A stretch of 63,690 bases of DNA, counting the filler. It is 20 parts of 20 records of this genome, joined end to end, with 100 filler letters (N's around TTAATTAATTAA, not from the genome) between each part and the next. Parts side by side here need not be neighbours in the genome. Positions count along the whole stretch, not along the records: positions 1 to 8,472 come from SRR16133337_22615; positions 8,573 to 10,633 come from SRR16133337_23041; 18 more parts are not named here. One strand, 5' to 3'. Positions 1-9,930 of the stretch are shown here, in pieces (within the stretch, counting starts at the first letter, position 1; the number at the start of each line of letters is the position of its first letter). The notes under the pieces are model-generated. The model was given only the letters and a program-made list of their open reading frames with translations. It was not told the DNA's origin and searched no databases. The position numbers were made by a program, and so were the translations under genes.

Positions 1-108
1 CTGCATCACGGTTTCACGATCTGCAAGACAGAAAAAAGACTGCAAGACAAAAAAAACCTAAAAATTCAGAAAGAGAATTGGATGGAATATATCTAAAAAG
101 ATGCTTAA

Positions 109-351
109 TTGATACACACGGTTGCAGATCTACAGAGAGGAGAAAAAGGCACGATAGAAGAGTTGTCTTTTGAGGAAATTCCATTAGCCTTGATGGAAAT
201 GGGATGTATTCCTGGAAAACAAGTGACATTGGTTCAGTTTGCCCCCATGAAAGACCCTCTGTATATTCGTGTAAACGGAAGTCATTTTGCCATCAGAAGA
301 GAAACAGCAGAACGAATTATTCTCACAAAACGTTTGTGTGATGAGTTCTAA
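109..351 (+). CDS. feoA: Ferrous iron transport protein A
   Basis: 80-aa ORF with FeoA motifs (LMEMGCIPG, APMKDPLYIRVNGSHFAIRRETA); overlaps the start of feoB. Confidence 0.93.
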   Translation: MIHTVADLQRGEKGTIEELSFEEIPLALMEMGCIPGKQVTLVQFAPMKDPLYIRVNGSHFAIRRETAERIILTKRLCDEF

Positions 352-2446
352 AAAGATTTTAAAAGTTGCGCTGGTAGGAAATCCGAATACAGGAAAAACA
401 TCGCTTTTTAATCAGCTCACAGGTTTGAACCAAAAAGTTGGAAATTACCCTGGAATTACGGTAGATAAAAAACAAGGAAACTGTAAATTATCAAAGGATA
501 TTTCTGCAACAATCACCGATTTACCAGGTACCTATAGCATCAACCCAACTTCACTAGACGAAAGTATTGTACTTGAAATACTTTTGGATACTAAAAACAA
601 AGCACATCCAGATGTCGTTGTTGTTGTTGCTGAGGTAGAAAATATCAAAAGAAACTTATTGCTCTTTACACAAGTCAAAGATTTAAAGATTCCCACAATT
701 TTAGTCATCAATATGGCGGATCAAATGACCAGAAAAGGGATTTTTATCGATCTCAAAAAATTAAAAGAAGTCTTACAGACAGAAATTGTATTGGTCAGTG
801 CTCGTAAAAAAGAAGGAATTGACGACTTAAAACAAGCTATTTTAAACTATAAAATAGCGGATACAAATTCATTTTTTACCGTATCTGAGAAAATTGATAA
901 ACCGTACTTTGATGAAATTAAATCCCATCTAAAAGGATTTCCATTGTACAAATCATGGTTGTTAATTACACAAAAACAACAGGTTCGTTTTATTGCTGAA
1001 ATTTCTAAACAAATAATTGACCGTTTTAAAGCAGATCCACAAAAACTAAAAAAATACCAACACAAAGAAACCATATATAGATATCAATATATTAATGATG
1101 TCTTAAAAAAAACCTATGTCATTGATAGAACAAAAGCAAAAGATCTTCGCAGTAAGTTAGACAGAGTGTTGATGCATAAAGTTTTTGGATATGTGATTTT
1201 TGTAAGTATCTTATTGTTGATATTCCAAGCTGTTTTTGACTGGGCTTCAATACCCATGGATTTTATAGATACTGCTTTTTTTAATTTTAGTGAAGGGTCA
1301 AAAAAAGTATTGCCAGAAGGGGTCTTTTCAAGTTTAATTTCTGAAGGAATAATTCCTGGTATTGGGGGAATTGTCATCTTCATTCCTCAAATTGCCCTTT
1401 TATTTCTATTTGTAGCCATTCTGGAAGAAACAGGCTATATGAGTCGTGTCGTATTTCTGATGGATAAAATCATGCGCCGTTATGGAATGAGTGGTAAAAG
1501 TGTGATTCCTCTAATTTCTGGTACTGCCTGTGCGATTCCTGCCATTATGGCGACACGAAATATAGGCGGTTGGAAAGATAGATTGATTACCATTTTGGTA
1601 ACTCCATTTACCACCTGTTCTGCACGTCTACCTGTATATGCAATTATCATCGCCTTAATTATCCCAGAAGACAGAGTTCTAGGAGTTTTTAGTTTGCAAG
1701 GGTTTGTATTCATGGCACTTTATATTTTAGGGTTTGGTGCTACTTTGACTTCTGCGTTTTTATTAAATAAAGTATTGAAAATAGAAAGTAAAAGCTTTTT
1801 TATTGTAGAAATGCCCAACTACAAATTACCTTCTATTAAAAATATTTTTTTTGATGTTGTTGAAAAAATAAAGGCCTTTGTTTTAGGAGCCGGTAAAATC
1901 ATCTTGGCCATTTCGATTGTCCTTTGGTTTTTAGCTTCTAATGGAACGAATGCTTTTAAAAATGCGGAACAAATTGTTACAGAACAATCTTTAAAAAGAA
2001 AGCAGGTTCCAGAAGATTTAGAAAATGAAATTGCTTCTTACAAACTAGAAAACTCTTACATTGGTATGATGGGGAAAATGATTGAACCTGCTATTAAACC
2101 TTTAGGTTATGATTGGAAAATAGGAATTGCACTAATCAGTTCGTTTGCCGCAAGAGAAGTATTTGTAGGAACTTTGTCTACGATTTACAGTGTAGGAAAC
2201 GATGATGTTGGAACCATAAAACAACGGATGGCTGCAGAAATAAATCCAATTACCAAAGAAAAACGTTTTAACTTTCCTGCAGGAATGTCCTTGTTAATTT
2301 TTTATGCTTTTGCCATGCAATGTATGGGAACCCTAGCCATTGTAAAAAGAGAAACCAAATCCTGGAAATGGCCACTTCTTCAATTGGTTGGAATGGGGAT
2401 CTTGGCATATGTCTCCGCATTTATTACCTTTGCCATTTTAAAATAA
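341..2446 (+). CDS. feoB: Ferrous iron transport protein B
   Basis: G-domain motifs GNPNTGKT, VGNYPGITV, DLPGTYS and NMAD, followed by a polytopic membrane domain. ATG at 341 preferred over the longer upstream start. Confidence 0.97.
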   Translation: MSSKKILKVALVGNPNTGKTSLFNQLTGLNQKVGNYPGITVDKKQGNCKLSKDISATITDLPGTYSINPTSLDESIVLEILLDTKNKAHPDVVVVVAEVENIKRNLLLFTQVKDLKIPTILVINMADQMTRKGIFIDLKKLKEVLQTEIVLVSARKKEGIDDLKQAILNYKIADTNSFFTVSEKIDKPYFDEIKSHLKGFPLYKSWLLITQKQQVRFIAEISKQIIDRFKADPQKLKKYQHKETIYRYQYINDVLKKTYVIDRTKAKDLRSKLDRVLMHKVFGYVIFVSILLLIFQAVFDWASIPMDFIDTAFFNFSEGSKKVLPEGVFSSLISEGIIPGIGGIVIFIPQIALLFLFVAILEETGYMSRVVFLMDKIMRRYGMSGKSVIPLISGTACAIPAIMATRNIGGWKDRLITILVTPFTTCSARLPVYAIIIALIIPEDRVLGVFSLQGFVFMALYILGFGATLTSAFLLNKVLKIESKSFFIVEMPNYKLPSIKNIFFDVVEKIKAFVLGAGKIILAISIVLWFLASNGTNAFKNAEQIVTEQSLKRKQVPEDLENEIASYKLENSYIGMMGKMIEPAIKPLGYDWKIGIALISSFAAREVFVGTLSTIYSVGNDDVGTIKQRMAAEINPITKEKRFNFPAGMSLLIFYAFAMQCMGTLAIVKRETKSWKWPLLQLVGMGILAYVSAFITFAILK

Positions 2447-2508
2447 AGGCTTCTCTACTCCACCCAGTTAGAAATTCGAAAGTAACAGGAATCCCAAATA
2501 AAGAAATC

Positions 2509-2625
2509 ATGCAAGAAATTTTAGTCTATACAGCCCTTGCAACTGCCATAGTTTATCTTTTGAGAAAATATATTTTCAAAGGAAAAAATAAAGGCAATTG
2601 TGATTCAGACTGTGGAGGTCATTAG
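2509..2625 (+). CDS. FeoB-associated Cys-rich small membrane protein (38 aa)
   Basis: MQEILVYTALATAIVYLLRKYIFKGKNKGNCDSDCGGH: one TM helix plus a C-terminal Cys motif, directly after feoB. Confidence 0.8.
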   Translation: MQEILVYTALATAIVYLLRKYIFKGKNKGNCDSDCGGH

Positions 2626-2643
2626 AAACCTAGCACAAACCTA

Positions 2644-3393
2644 CTAGGTTTGTGATTCCGCTAGGTGATAGCCTAGGCTATCTAAAAACATCTTACCCTT
2701 CTCAAAAGCGGTTCCAATAACCACCATATCTGCACCCGCATTAAAAGAGTCCATAACTTCTTTTTGAGATTTAATTCCGCCACCAACTAGAATTGGAATC
2801 TCAATTTGTTCTCTAACAGCAGCAATGATTTTTGAGTCAACAGGTGTTTTAGCACCACTACCCGCCTCCAAATAAATAAGTTTTTTTCCAAGATACATTC
2901 CCGCAAGAGCCGTTGCTACAATTTTAGAAATATCAGCGGACGGAATCGGTAAGGTTTTACTTATTTTTTGCACGGCAGTTTTATGACCACCATCAATTAA
3001 GATATAGCCCGTTGGGATGACTTCCAAATTCATTTTTTTAAGAATCGGAGCTGCTTTTACTTGTTGATGAATTAAATATTCTGGATTGTCTCCAGACAAT
3101 AAAGACAAAAATAAAATTCCATGAGCATGGTTGGTGATTTGTCCTGTTTCCCCTGGAAAAATAAGAATAGGAATTGAGGTGTGAACTTTAAGCTCTTGAA
3201 CAAAAAGATTGGTAACCTTAGAAAGTACGGTACTTCCCCCAACAAAAATAAAATCAACTTTAATTTGATGAATTTTTAAAACTGTTTTTTGAATTGCTGT
3301 AAGCGCTAGTTTGTCAGGATCTAATAAAATGGCGAATAGTTTATTTCCTTTTGCTTTTTCAGAACAGATGTGTTTAAGGATCGTAGTCGCCAT
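2644..3393 (-). CDS. Geranylgeranylglyceryl/heptaprenylglyceryl phosphate synthase (PcrB family)
   Basis: Motifs LLDPDK, FVGGS, LFLSLLSGDNP, IYLEAGSGA, VGGGI and GADMVVIGTAFE. Confidence 0.93.
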   Translation of the reverse strand: MATTILKHICSEKAKGNKLFAILLDPDKLALTAIQKTVLKIHQIKVDFIFVGGSTVLSKVTNLFVQELKVHTSIPILIFPGETGQITNHAHGILFLSLLSGDNPEYLIHQQVKAAPILKKMNLEVIPTGYILIDGGHKTAVQKISKTLPIPSADISKIVATALAGMYLGKKLIYLEAGSGAKTPVDSKIIAAVREQIEIPILVGGGIKSQKEVMDSFNAGADMVVIGTAFEKGKMFLDSLGYHLAESQT

Positions 3394-4023
3394 TTAATCA
3401 ATCAATTTTGGAAGTGCGTAAACCAATGTAAAATTCTCTATGTGTTCAAAAAAAATGGAGTAACATTCATTTCTAGGACCCTTTTTAATCCAACCAAAAG
3501 TTTTTTTATCCCTCAATTTAAAAGCTTGAATAGGTAAATTTTTTTTAAAAGAGAAACCTCCATCTGGATGTATTTTATACAAAGACTCTTTAGCTCCCCA
3601 GATAACTGTCAATTGTTCAATCAATCTATTTTCTTTTAAAAACTCATTTTCAGAACCGACAAACTTATGAGCAATACGTTTTATTTGATCTCTGTTTCTT
3701 TCAATATCAATGCCCACAACAGTATCACTAATTATAATGGCCGCATAATTGGAAGAATGGGAGATCGATATAAACTTTCCATCTTTTAAATGTGGTTTTC
3801 CCTCTTCCGTATAATACAAATCCGTATCTGAATATCCTGCTTTTTTTAATAAATGACGGACGCTCACAAAACCTTTTTGATGTATTTCAGATTGCATGTT
3901 GTCAAGACGATTTAGACTTTCTTTTTTTAAAAAAATCCTTTTCAATTCTTGTAAGGATTCCGTTATTTTCCAAACAAAAACGAACGTATCTTTAGCAACG
4001 GTTATTTTTTTTATAAAAGGCAT
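3394..4023 (-). CDS. 4'-phosphopantetheinyl transferase family protein
   Basis: Motifs GKPHL, ISISHS, VGIDIE and WGAKESLYK. Confidence 0.9.
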   Translation of the reverse strand: MPFIKKITVAKDTFVFVWKITESLQELKRIFLKKESLNRLDNMQSEIHQKGFVSVRHLLKKAGYSDTDLYYTEEGKPHLKDGKFISISHSSNYAAIIISDTVVGIDIERNRDQIKRIAHKFVGSENEFLKENRLIEQLTVIWGAKESLYKIHPDGGFSFKKNLPIQAFKLRDKKTFGWIKKGPRNECYSIFFEHIENFTLVYALPKLID

Positions 4024-4045
4024 TTATTATGTTAAAGGTATTTTG

Positions 4046-4053
4046 TAAATTTG
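4046..4053 (+). promoter_or_regulatory. Bacteroidota -7 promoter box (TAnnTTTG) upstream of ahcY
   Basis: TAAATTTG lies 27 nt before the ATG at 4081 and matches the Bacteroidota primary-sigma -7 consensus. Confidence 0.6.
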
Positions 4054-4080
4054 CATCCTAATTTTACAAATATAAGAACT

Positions 4081-5397
4081 ATGAGTTTGGAAACATCAAC
4101 GTATACAAAATTTAAAGTAAAAGACATCCGTTTAGCAGATTGGGGGCGTAAAGAAATTCATTTGGCGGAAGCAGAGATGCCTGGGTTAATGAGTTTAAGA
4201 GAAGAATACAAAGGACAAAAGCCTTTAAAAGGGGCACGTATTGCAGGATGTTTACATATGACTATCCAAACCGCTGTTTTAATTGAAACGTTGATAAGTT
4301 TGGGGGCAGAGGTTACCTGGAGTTCTTGCAATATTTTTTCGACACAAGATCAAGCAGCGGCCGCAATTGCAGCAACTGGAATTTCGGTATATGCCTGGAA
4401 AGGGTTGAGTGAAAAAGAATTTGACTGGTGTATTGAGCAAACCTTGTTCTTTGGGGAAGACAAAAAACCCTTGAATTTAATTTTAGATGATGGTGGCGAT
4501 TTGACAAATATGGTCTTGGATAGATATCCTGAATTGGTTTCTGGAATTAAAGGACTTTCAGAAGAAACAACCACAGGGGTTCACCGTTTGTATGATAGAG
4601 TAAAGGCTGGAACGCTACCCATACCTGCAATCAATGTGAATGATTCTGTCACAAAATCTAAGTTTGATAACAAATATGGCTGTAAAGAAAGTGCCGTAGA
4701 TGCTATTCGAAGAGCAACCGATATAATGATCGCTGGTAAAGTAGCTGTTGTTGCAGGCTATGGAGATGTAGGCAAAGGTTCTGCCGCCTCATTAGCGGGA
4801 GCTGGAGCTAGAGTTATGGTTACAGAAATAGATCCTATTTGTGCATTACAAGCAGCAATGGATGGTTTTGAAGTCTGTAAAATGGACAATGTAATTTCTA
4901 GAGCTGATATTGTAATTACCGCTACAGGAAATAAAGACATCATTGTAGGTCGTCATTTCAAAGCATTAAAAGACAAAGCCATTGTCTGTAATATTGGGCA
5001 TTTTGACAATGAGATAGATATGGATTGGTTGAATGGAAATTACGGTACCTCTAAAATTGAAATCAAACCTCAAGTAGATCAATATACAATTGACGGAAAA
5101 GAGTTTCTGCTCTTGGCAGAAGGACGTTTGGTAAATTTAGGATGTGCAACAGGGCACCCTAGTTTTGTGATGAGCAACTCCTTTACAAATCAAACACTCG
5201 CACAATTAGAACTGTGGTTGAATACGGATAAATATGAGAATGACGTATACACGTTACCAAAACATTTAGATGAAAAAGTAGCCCGTTTGCACTTGGCAAA
5301 AATTGGTGTAGAATTGGACGTTTTAAACAAAGAGCAAGCAAACTATATTAATGTTCCCGTAGAAGGTCCTTACAAACCTGAGTACTATAGGTACTAG
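4081..5397 (+). CDS. ahcY: Adenosylhomocysteinase
   Basis: Motifs [62 protein letters not shown] and the C-terminal YRY. Confidence 0.98.
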   Translation: MSLETSTYTKFKVKDIRLADWGRKEIHLAEAEMPGLMSLREEYKGQKPLKGARIAGCLHMTIQTAVLIETLISLGAEVTWSSCNIFSTQDQAAAAIAATGISVYAWKGLSEKEFDWCIEQTLFFGEDKKPLNLILDDGGDLTNMVLDRYPELVSGIKGLSEETTTGVHRLYDRVKAGTLPIPAINVNDSVTKSKFDNKYGCKESAVDAIRRATDIMIAGKVAVVAGYGDVGKGSAASLAGAGARVMVTEIDPICALQAAMDGFEVCKMDNVISRADIVITATGNKDIIVGRHFKALKDKAIVCNIGHFDNEIDMDWLNGNYGTSKIEIKPQVDQYTIDGKEFLLLAEGRLVNLGCATGHPSFVMSNSFTNQTLAQLELWLNTDKYENDVYTLPKHLDEKVARLHLAKIGVELDVLNKEQANYINVPVEGPYKPEYYRY

Positions 5398-5550
5398 AAG
5401 ATTCTGAAATTTTTCAGCAGTGATGCAGTGATACGGTGAAATGATCCTATTGTCTTTACTTTTCACTTTCCACTCACAACCGAAAACCCCTACTTTCATT
5501 ATAGGATTTATTTTTTTCTGCCATAATGTCACTATTTGTATTTTTGATTG

Positions 5551-5558
5551 TATCTTTG
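5551..5558 (+). promoter_or_regulatory. Bacteroidota -7 promoter box upstream of miaB
   Basis: TATCTTTG lies 19 nt before the ATG at 5578. Confidence 0.6.
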
Positions 5559-5577
5559 CCGTCTACCTTTTTTGTAT

Positions 5578-7041
5578 ATGGAAACTGAAAAAATAATAGA
5601 CGCTAACAAACAAGGGCATCCTTTGTTAACAAATCCCCTCAAAGGAAATACCAAAAAATTATATATAGAAAGTTATGGCTGTCAGATGAATTTAAATGAC
5701 AGTGAAATCGTAGCTTCCATTTTAGCTGAAAATAATTTCAATACCACCCAACTTTTAGAAGAAGCGGATTTGGTTTTGGTAAACACCTGTTCTATTCGTG
5801 AAAAAGCAGAACAAACCATTCGAAAACGTTTACAGAAATACAAAGCAATCAAAAGAATAAATCCTACAATGAAAGTAGGAGTTTTAGGCTGTATGGCAGA
5901 ACGTTTAAAATCTAAATTTTTAGAGGAAGAAAAAATAGTAGACCTTGTGGTGGGTCCCGATGCCTATAAAGACCTTCCTTATTTATTAGGAGAAGTAAAC
6001 GAAGGAAGAAATGCCGTAAATGTTCTTTTATCAAAGGAGGAAACCTACGGTGATGTATCTCCAATTCGTCTCAATTCAAATGGAATCTCCGCATTTGTTT
6101 CCATTACACGTGGTTGTGATAATATGTGTACCTTTTGTGTAGTTCCCTTTACAAGAGGAAGAGAACGTAGCAGAGATCCACAAAGTATTTTGGAAGAAAT
6201 CCAAGATTTAAAAGACAAAAACTATAAAGAAATTACTTTATTAGGTCAAAATGTAGATAGTTATCTTTGGTATGGTGGAGGTTTAAAAAAAGATTTTGAA
6301 AAAGCTTCAGACATCGCCCGAGCAACAGCTATTGATTTTTCAGATTTGTTAAATTTGGTGGCCACTACTTTCCCTAGCTTAAGAGTCCGTTTTTTTACAA
6401 GCAACCCCCAAGATTTGAAAGTAACCGTTTTACATGTGATTGCCAAACATCCTAATATTTGTAGGTATTTACATTTACCCGTCCAATCTGGAAGCTCTTC
6501 CGTTCTTAAAAGAATGAACAGACAACACAGTCGTGAAGAATACATGGAATTGATAGACACCATTAAAAGAATTCTTCCAGATACTGCCATCTCACAAGAT
6601 ATCATCGTAGGATTTTGTGGTGAAACAGAAGAAGAACATCAAGATACATTAAAAATGATGGAATATGTAAAATACGATTACGGTTTTATGTATGCATATT
6701 CTGAAAGACCTGGTACCTTAGCTACCAAAAAAATGAAAGATGATATTCCTAACCCAGTTAAGAAAAGAAGATTGAAAGAAGTAATTGCACTTCAAAGAAA
6801 GTCCAGTAATGAACATACTCTAAAATATATTGGTAAAACAACAGAAGTATTGATAGAAGGAATCTCTAAAAAATCTGACAAACACTGGAAAGGCAGAAAT
6901 ACCCAAAATTACGTAACGGTATTCCCAAAAGGTAACGAAAAGATAGGAGACTATGTCCGTATTAAAATTGAAGAATGCACCTCTGCCACGCTTATTGGAA
7001 CTAAAGTAGGTAAAGCACAAGAAGAACCTTTTGCGACTTAA
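5578..7041 (+). CDS. miaB: tRNA-2-methylthio-N6-dimethylallyladenosine synthase
   Basis: UPF0004 domain (SYGCQMN, NTCSIREKAE, GVLGCMAER), radical SAM motif CDNMCTFC and a C-terminal TRAM domain. Confidence 0.96.
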   Translation: METEKIIDANKQGHPLLTNPLKGNTKKLYIESYGCQMNLNDSEIVASILAENNFNTTQLLEEADLVLVNTCSIREKAEQTIRKRLQKYKAIKRINPTMKVGVLGCMAERLKSKFLEEEKIVDLVVGPDAYKDLPYLLGEVNEGRNAVNVLLSKEETYGDVSPIRLNSNGISAFVSITRGCDNMCTFCVVPFTRGRERSRDPQSILEEIQDLKDKNYKEITLLGQNVDSYLWYGGGLKKDFEKASDIARATAIDFSDLLNLVATTFPSLRVRFFTSNPQDLKVTVLHVIAKHPNICRYLHLPVQSGSSSVLKRMNRQHSREEYMELIDTIKRILPDTAISQDIIVGFCGETEEEHQDTLKMMEYVKYDYGFMYAYSERPGTLATKKMKDDIPNPVKKRRLKEVIALQRKSSNEHTLKYIGKTTEVLIEGISKKSDKHWKGRNTQNYVTVFPKGNEKIGDYVRIKIEECTSATLIGTKVGKAQEEPFAT

Positions 7042-7140
7042 AGAGTATAAGGTAATAGGCAAAACAAAAAAAGTAAATAGACAACAAAAAACGGTCAACG
7101 TTATTTAGACATTAACAACTCATAACTTATCACTAAATCT

Positions 7141-8382
7141 ATGGAAGGATTGACAACTGTAAAACAACGCTTTGAAATTATTGGAAACGATGCCAAATTG
7201 AATCGTTCTCTTGAAAAAGCAATTCGTGTAGCACCTACAGACATTTCCGTATTGGTTACAGGTGAAAGTGGCGTTGGTAAAGAAACCGTTCCTAAAATCA
7301 TTCACCAGTTATCCCACAGAAAACACGCCAAATATATTGCTGTAAATTGTGGAGCGATCCCTGAAGGAACTATAGACAGTGAATTATTTGGTCACGAAAA
7401 AGGAGCTTTTACAGGAGCTACAACAACTCGAAAAGGCTATTTTGAAGTCGCTGATGGCGGTACCATTTTTTTAGACGAAGTTGGAGAATTGCCCTCAACA
7501 ACACAAGTACGTTTGTTACGTGTTTTAGAAAGTGGTGAATTTATCAAAGTAGGAACTTCCAGTGTTCAAAAAACAAATGTAAGAATTGTTTCCGCTACAA
7601 ATATGAAAATACACGAAGCAATCCAAAGAGGAAAATTTCGTGAAGATTTGTATTACAGATTAAGTACCATTGAATTGAATTTACCTCCTTTAAGAGAACG
7701 TAAAAAAGACATTCATTTGTTATTCCGAAAATTTGCCTCTGATTTTGCTCAAAAATACCGAATGCCAACCATTCGATTGGAAGAAGATGCCATAAAACTA
7801 TTAATCAATTATAGATTTTCAGGAAATATTCGACAATTAAAAAATATTGCAGAACAGATCTCTGTTGTTGAAGAAAACAGGAACATTGGAGTTGAAAAAC
7901 TCTTACAATACTTACCCAATTACAACAATTTACCCGCCATCATAGATAGAGAAGATTCACAAGAAAAAAATTCTTCTGAAGATAAAGATGTCATGTATAA
8001 AATTTTGTTTGAAATGAGAAAAGACCTCAACGATCTAAAAAAACTGACCCTCGACCTTATCAAAAGTGAGAACCGTGAAAAAGTACAAGAAGACAATCGT
8101 CATTTGATTGAAAAAATTCGAAAAGAAGACAATGAATTTAGTAGTCCAGAAAACAACGTAGAACTCATTCAAATCCAACAATCTAATACGATCCAAGGTC
8201 AAAACGATTATGAATATATAGAAGCAATTGAGGAAGATGAATCTTTTTCCTTACATAAAAAAGAAATTGAAATGATTAAAAAATCGTTAGAACGCAATCA
8301 AAATAAAAGAAAATTAGCTGCCAAAGAATTAGGCATTTCTGAACGCACCTTGTATCGAAAAATAAAACAATATGATTTATAA
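7141..8382 (+). CDS. Sigma-54-interacting AAA+ transcriptional regulator with Fis-type HTH
   Basis: Motifs GESGVGKE, SELFGHEKGAFTGA, FLDEVGE and FREDLYYRL; C-terminal AAKELGISERTLYRK. Confidence 0.93.
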   Translation: MEGLTTVKQRFEIIGNDAKLNRSLEKAIRVAPTDISVLVTGESGVGKETVPKIIHQLSHRKHAKYIAVNCGAIPEGTIDSELFGHEKGAFTGATTTRKGYFEVADGGTIFLDEVGELPSTTQVRLLRVLESGEFIKVGTSSVQKTNVRIVSATNMKIHEAIQRGKFREDLYYRLSTIELNLPPLRERKKDIHLLFRKFASDFAQKYRMPTIRLEEDAIKLLINYRFSGNIRQLKNIAEQISVVEENRNIGVEKLLQYLPNYNNLPAIIDREDSQEKNSSEDKDVMYKILFEMRKDLNDLKKLTLDLIKSENREKVQEDNRHLIEKIRKEDNEFSSPENNVELIQIQQSNTIQGQNDYEYIEAIEEDESFSLHKKEIEMIKKSLERNQNKRKLAAKELGISERTLYRKIKQYDL

Positions 8383-8472
8383 GTTGAATTGTGATTTTTA
8401 AACCCTTAAACGTTTTTTTTTTTGGCTATAAGGCATAAGCTATAGGCTATAGGCCAATGTCATTAAGTTAAG

Positions 8473-8572
8473 NNNNNNNNNNNNNNNNNNNNNNNNNNNN
8501 NNNNNNNNNNNNNNNNTTAATTAATTAANNNNNNNNNNNNNNNNNNNNNNNNNNNNNNNNNNNNNNNNNNNN
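8473..8572. other. Artificial 100-nt contig linker (first of 19)
   Basis: 44 N + TTAATTAATTAA (stops in all six frames) + 44 N. The others start at 10634, 13429, 16477, 19638, 22976, 27227, 29892, 32923, 36621, 39341, 43027, 45230, 47357, 50321, 52644, 55135, 58693 and 61398. Confidence 0.98.
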
Positions 8573-8691
8573 AATAGGTTGTAATCTAATTGAACGCTAG
8601 AGATATTGGTATGGAAGTAACTAGCAATCTTTTTTAATTGCCGAGCATTTAGCTCATTCCATTCTTTCGGGATATTTAGGTGAATTGTCAT
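8573..8691 (-). CDS. Phage hypothetical protein, N-terminal fragment (runs off the contig)
   Basis: ATG at 8691 abuts the stop of the preceding lipoprotein gene; reads MTIHLNIPKEWNELNARQLKKIASYF with no stop before the contig end. Confidence 0.6.
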
Positions 8692-9213
8692 TTAAAAAAT
8701 AGTGGGGATTAATTTTCTATATTTTGAAAATAGCAACACCGTAACGAGCAACCCCCAGACAAAAAAATAATAAGTGTATTTGGTTGGGCGGTATTTTATT
8801 GTTTTCTCAGATTTATCGGTGGTAGATTCAAGGGATTGCTTTAGATTGCTACTGTCTTTTCTAAAATGACTTTGATATTCTTTTTCTGTAATATTTGTAA
8901 TACTGTCGGTTGTAGACTCTATATAAACAGCGTTGTTGACTGTTTTTATTTTAAATTTCCCATGATTCAAATTAAAATCAAATCCTTTTAATTTACCCAA
9001 GCTATCACAGATATTTTCTATTTTAAGTTCATTTTTTGTAGGAACTTGTTTGGTGATGATTCGATCTTTATAAATAGTGTCTAGCTGTTTTTGAATAACA
9101 ACGATGGTGTCTATCTTACTAGTTATAGATGTTTTTCTTGTTGTTTTCGTCGTTTTGCAACTTTGGATAAATAAGGTTAGGACAATAATTGTCCAAAATT
9201 TCGTTGACTTCAT
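8692..9213 (-). CDS. Phage lipoprotein, probable unimolecular spanin-like protein
   Basis: N-terminal lipobox (FIQS-C) and C-terminal TM helix; directly downstream of the holin and endolysin candidates. Confidence 0.65.
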   Translation of the reverse strand: MKSTKFWTIIVLTLFIQSCKTTKTTRKTSITSKIDTIVVIQKQLDTIYKDRIITKQVPTKNELKIENICDSLGKLKGFDFNLNHGKFKIKTVNNAVYIESTTDSITNITEKEYQSHFRKDSSNLKQSLESTTDKSEKTIKYRPTKYTYYFFVWGLLVTVLLFSKYRKLIPTIF

Positions 9214-9215
9214 AA

Positions 9216-9632
9216 TTATCTTGTTAAAATTTTTACTTTTATTTTTTTGTCTGGAATTAGTTTCATCAATGTTTTGAGGGTATTTCTGGAATTGGATACA
9301 TCAATCATCTCGTCTGTATTCACATAAGCTAATTTGCCTACAGCGATACAGCCTAGAAGGTCTGAGTAATAATTCGCCGCATGGATTAAGATCCAAGTCC
9401 TGTTCTCTACATCAAGAATGTGTAAATGCCAACCATATTTTTTTGAATAGCGTTTTTTTGCTCGATATACTTTGGCAGGAATACAAGAAATATTTTTTTG
9501 ATTGTTCAACCAAGGCAACTCTAAAGTTTCGCAATTAAATATAGAATGACCTTCCTTGTTTAAACCAAACAGATTTCCAATTGTCTGTTTTTCTTCAAAA
9601 GAATAGCGTTCAATTAATAGTTCTTCAATCAT
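9216..9632 (-). CDS. DUF5675-like putative phage endolysin/peptidase
   Basis: Motifs CETLELPW-NQKNISCIP, RTWILIHAANY and GCIAVG (His...Cys pair); sits between the holin and the lipoprotein. Confidence 0.75.
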   Translation of the reverse strand: MIEELLIERYSFEEKQTIGNLFGLNKEGHSIFNCETLELPWLNNQKNISCIPAKVYRAKKRYSKKYGWHLHILDVENRTWILIHAANYYSDLLGCIAVGKLAYVNTDEMIDVSNSRNTLKTLMKLIPDKKIKVKILTR

Positions 9633-9930
9633 CTGCTTTTTTCTTTAAAAAAGTGGATATATAAGAAATAACTTCTTGTATTTCATCTAAGATATCTGTG
9701 GAGAAAACTCCAGAAACAGAACAGACAACAAAAATTACTTCATCTGTGGCATTTAAGTAGTTTTTCAACAAAATTCCTACGCAAAAGCCAACGAATCCTG
9801 AAATCACTAAAAGACTCAGAAACCTTTTAAAACTCATGATATTCCTTAACCTATGTATAATGGCACCAATTAAACCACCTATGACATACCCTCCATATTT
9901 ATCTGCAAAAGCTATTAATATATTTTTCAT
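9625..9930 (-). CDS. Putative phage holin
   Basis: 101 aa with 2-3 hydrophobic helices and a charged C-terminus; overlaps the start of the endolysin candidate. Confidence 0.7.
   Translation of the reverse strand: MKNILIAFADKYGGYVIGGLIGAIIHRLRNIMSFKRFLSLLVISGFVGFCVGILLKNYLNATDEVIFVVCSVSGVFSTDILDEIQEVISYISTFLKKKADD

Noticed and set aside
8424-8456. GGCTATA-like heptamer run after the sigma54 regulator as a regulatory array
   Set aside because: Short, degenerate and at a contig edge; no function can be supported.
8473-8572. TTAATTAATTAA repeated 19 times as a biological repeat or array
   Set aside because: Always centred in 88 Ns with identical geometry; it is a synthetic linker.
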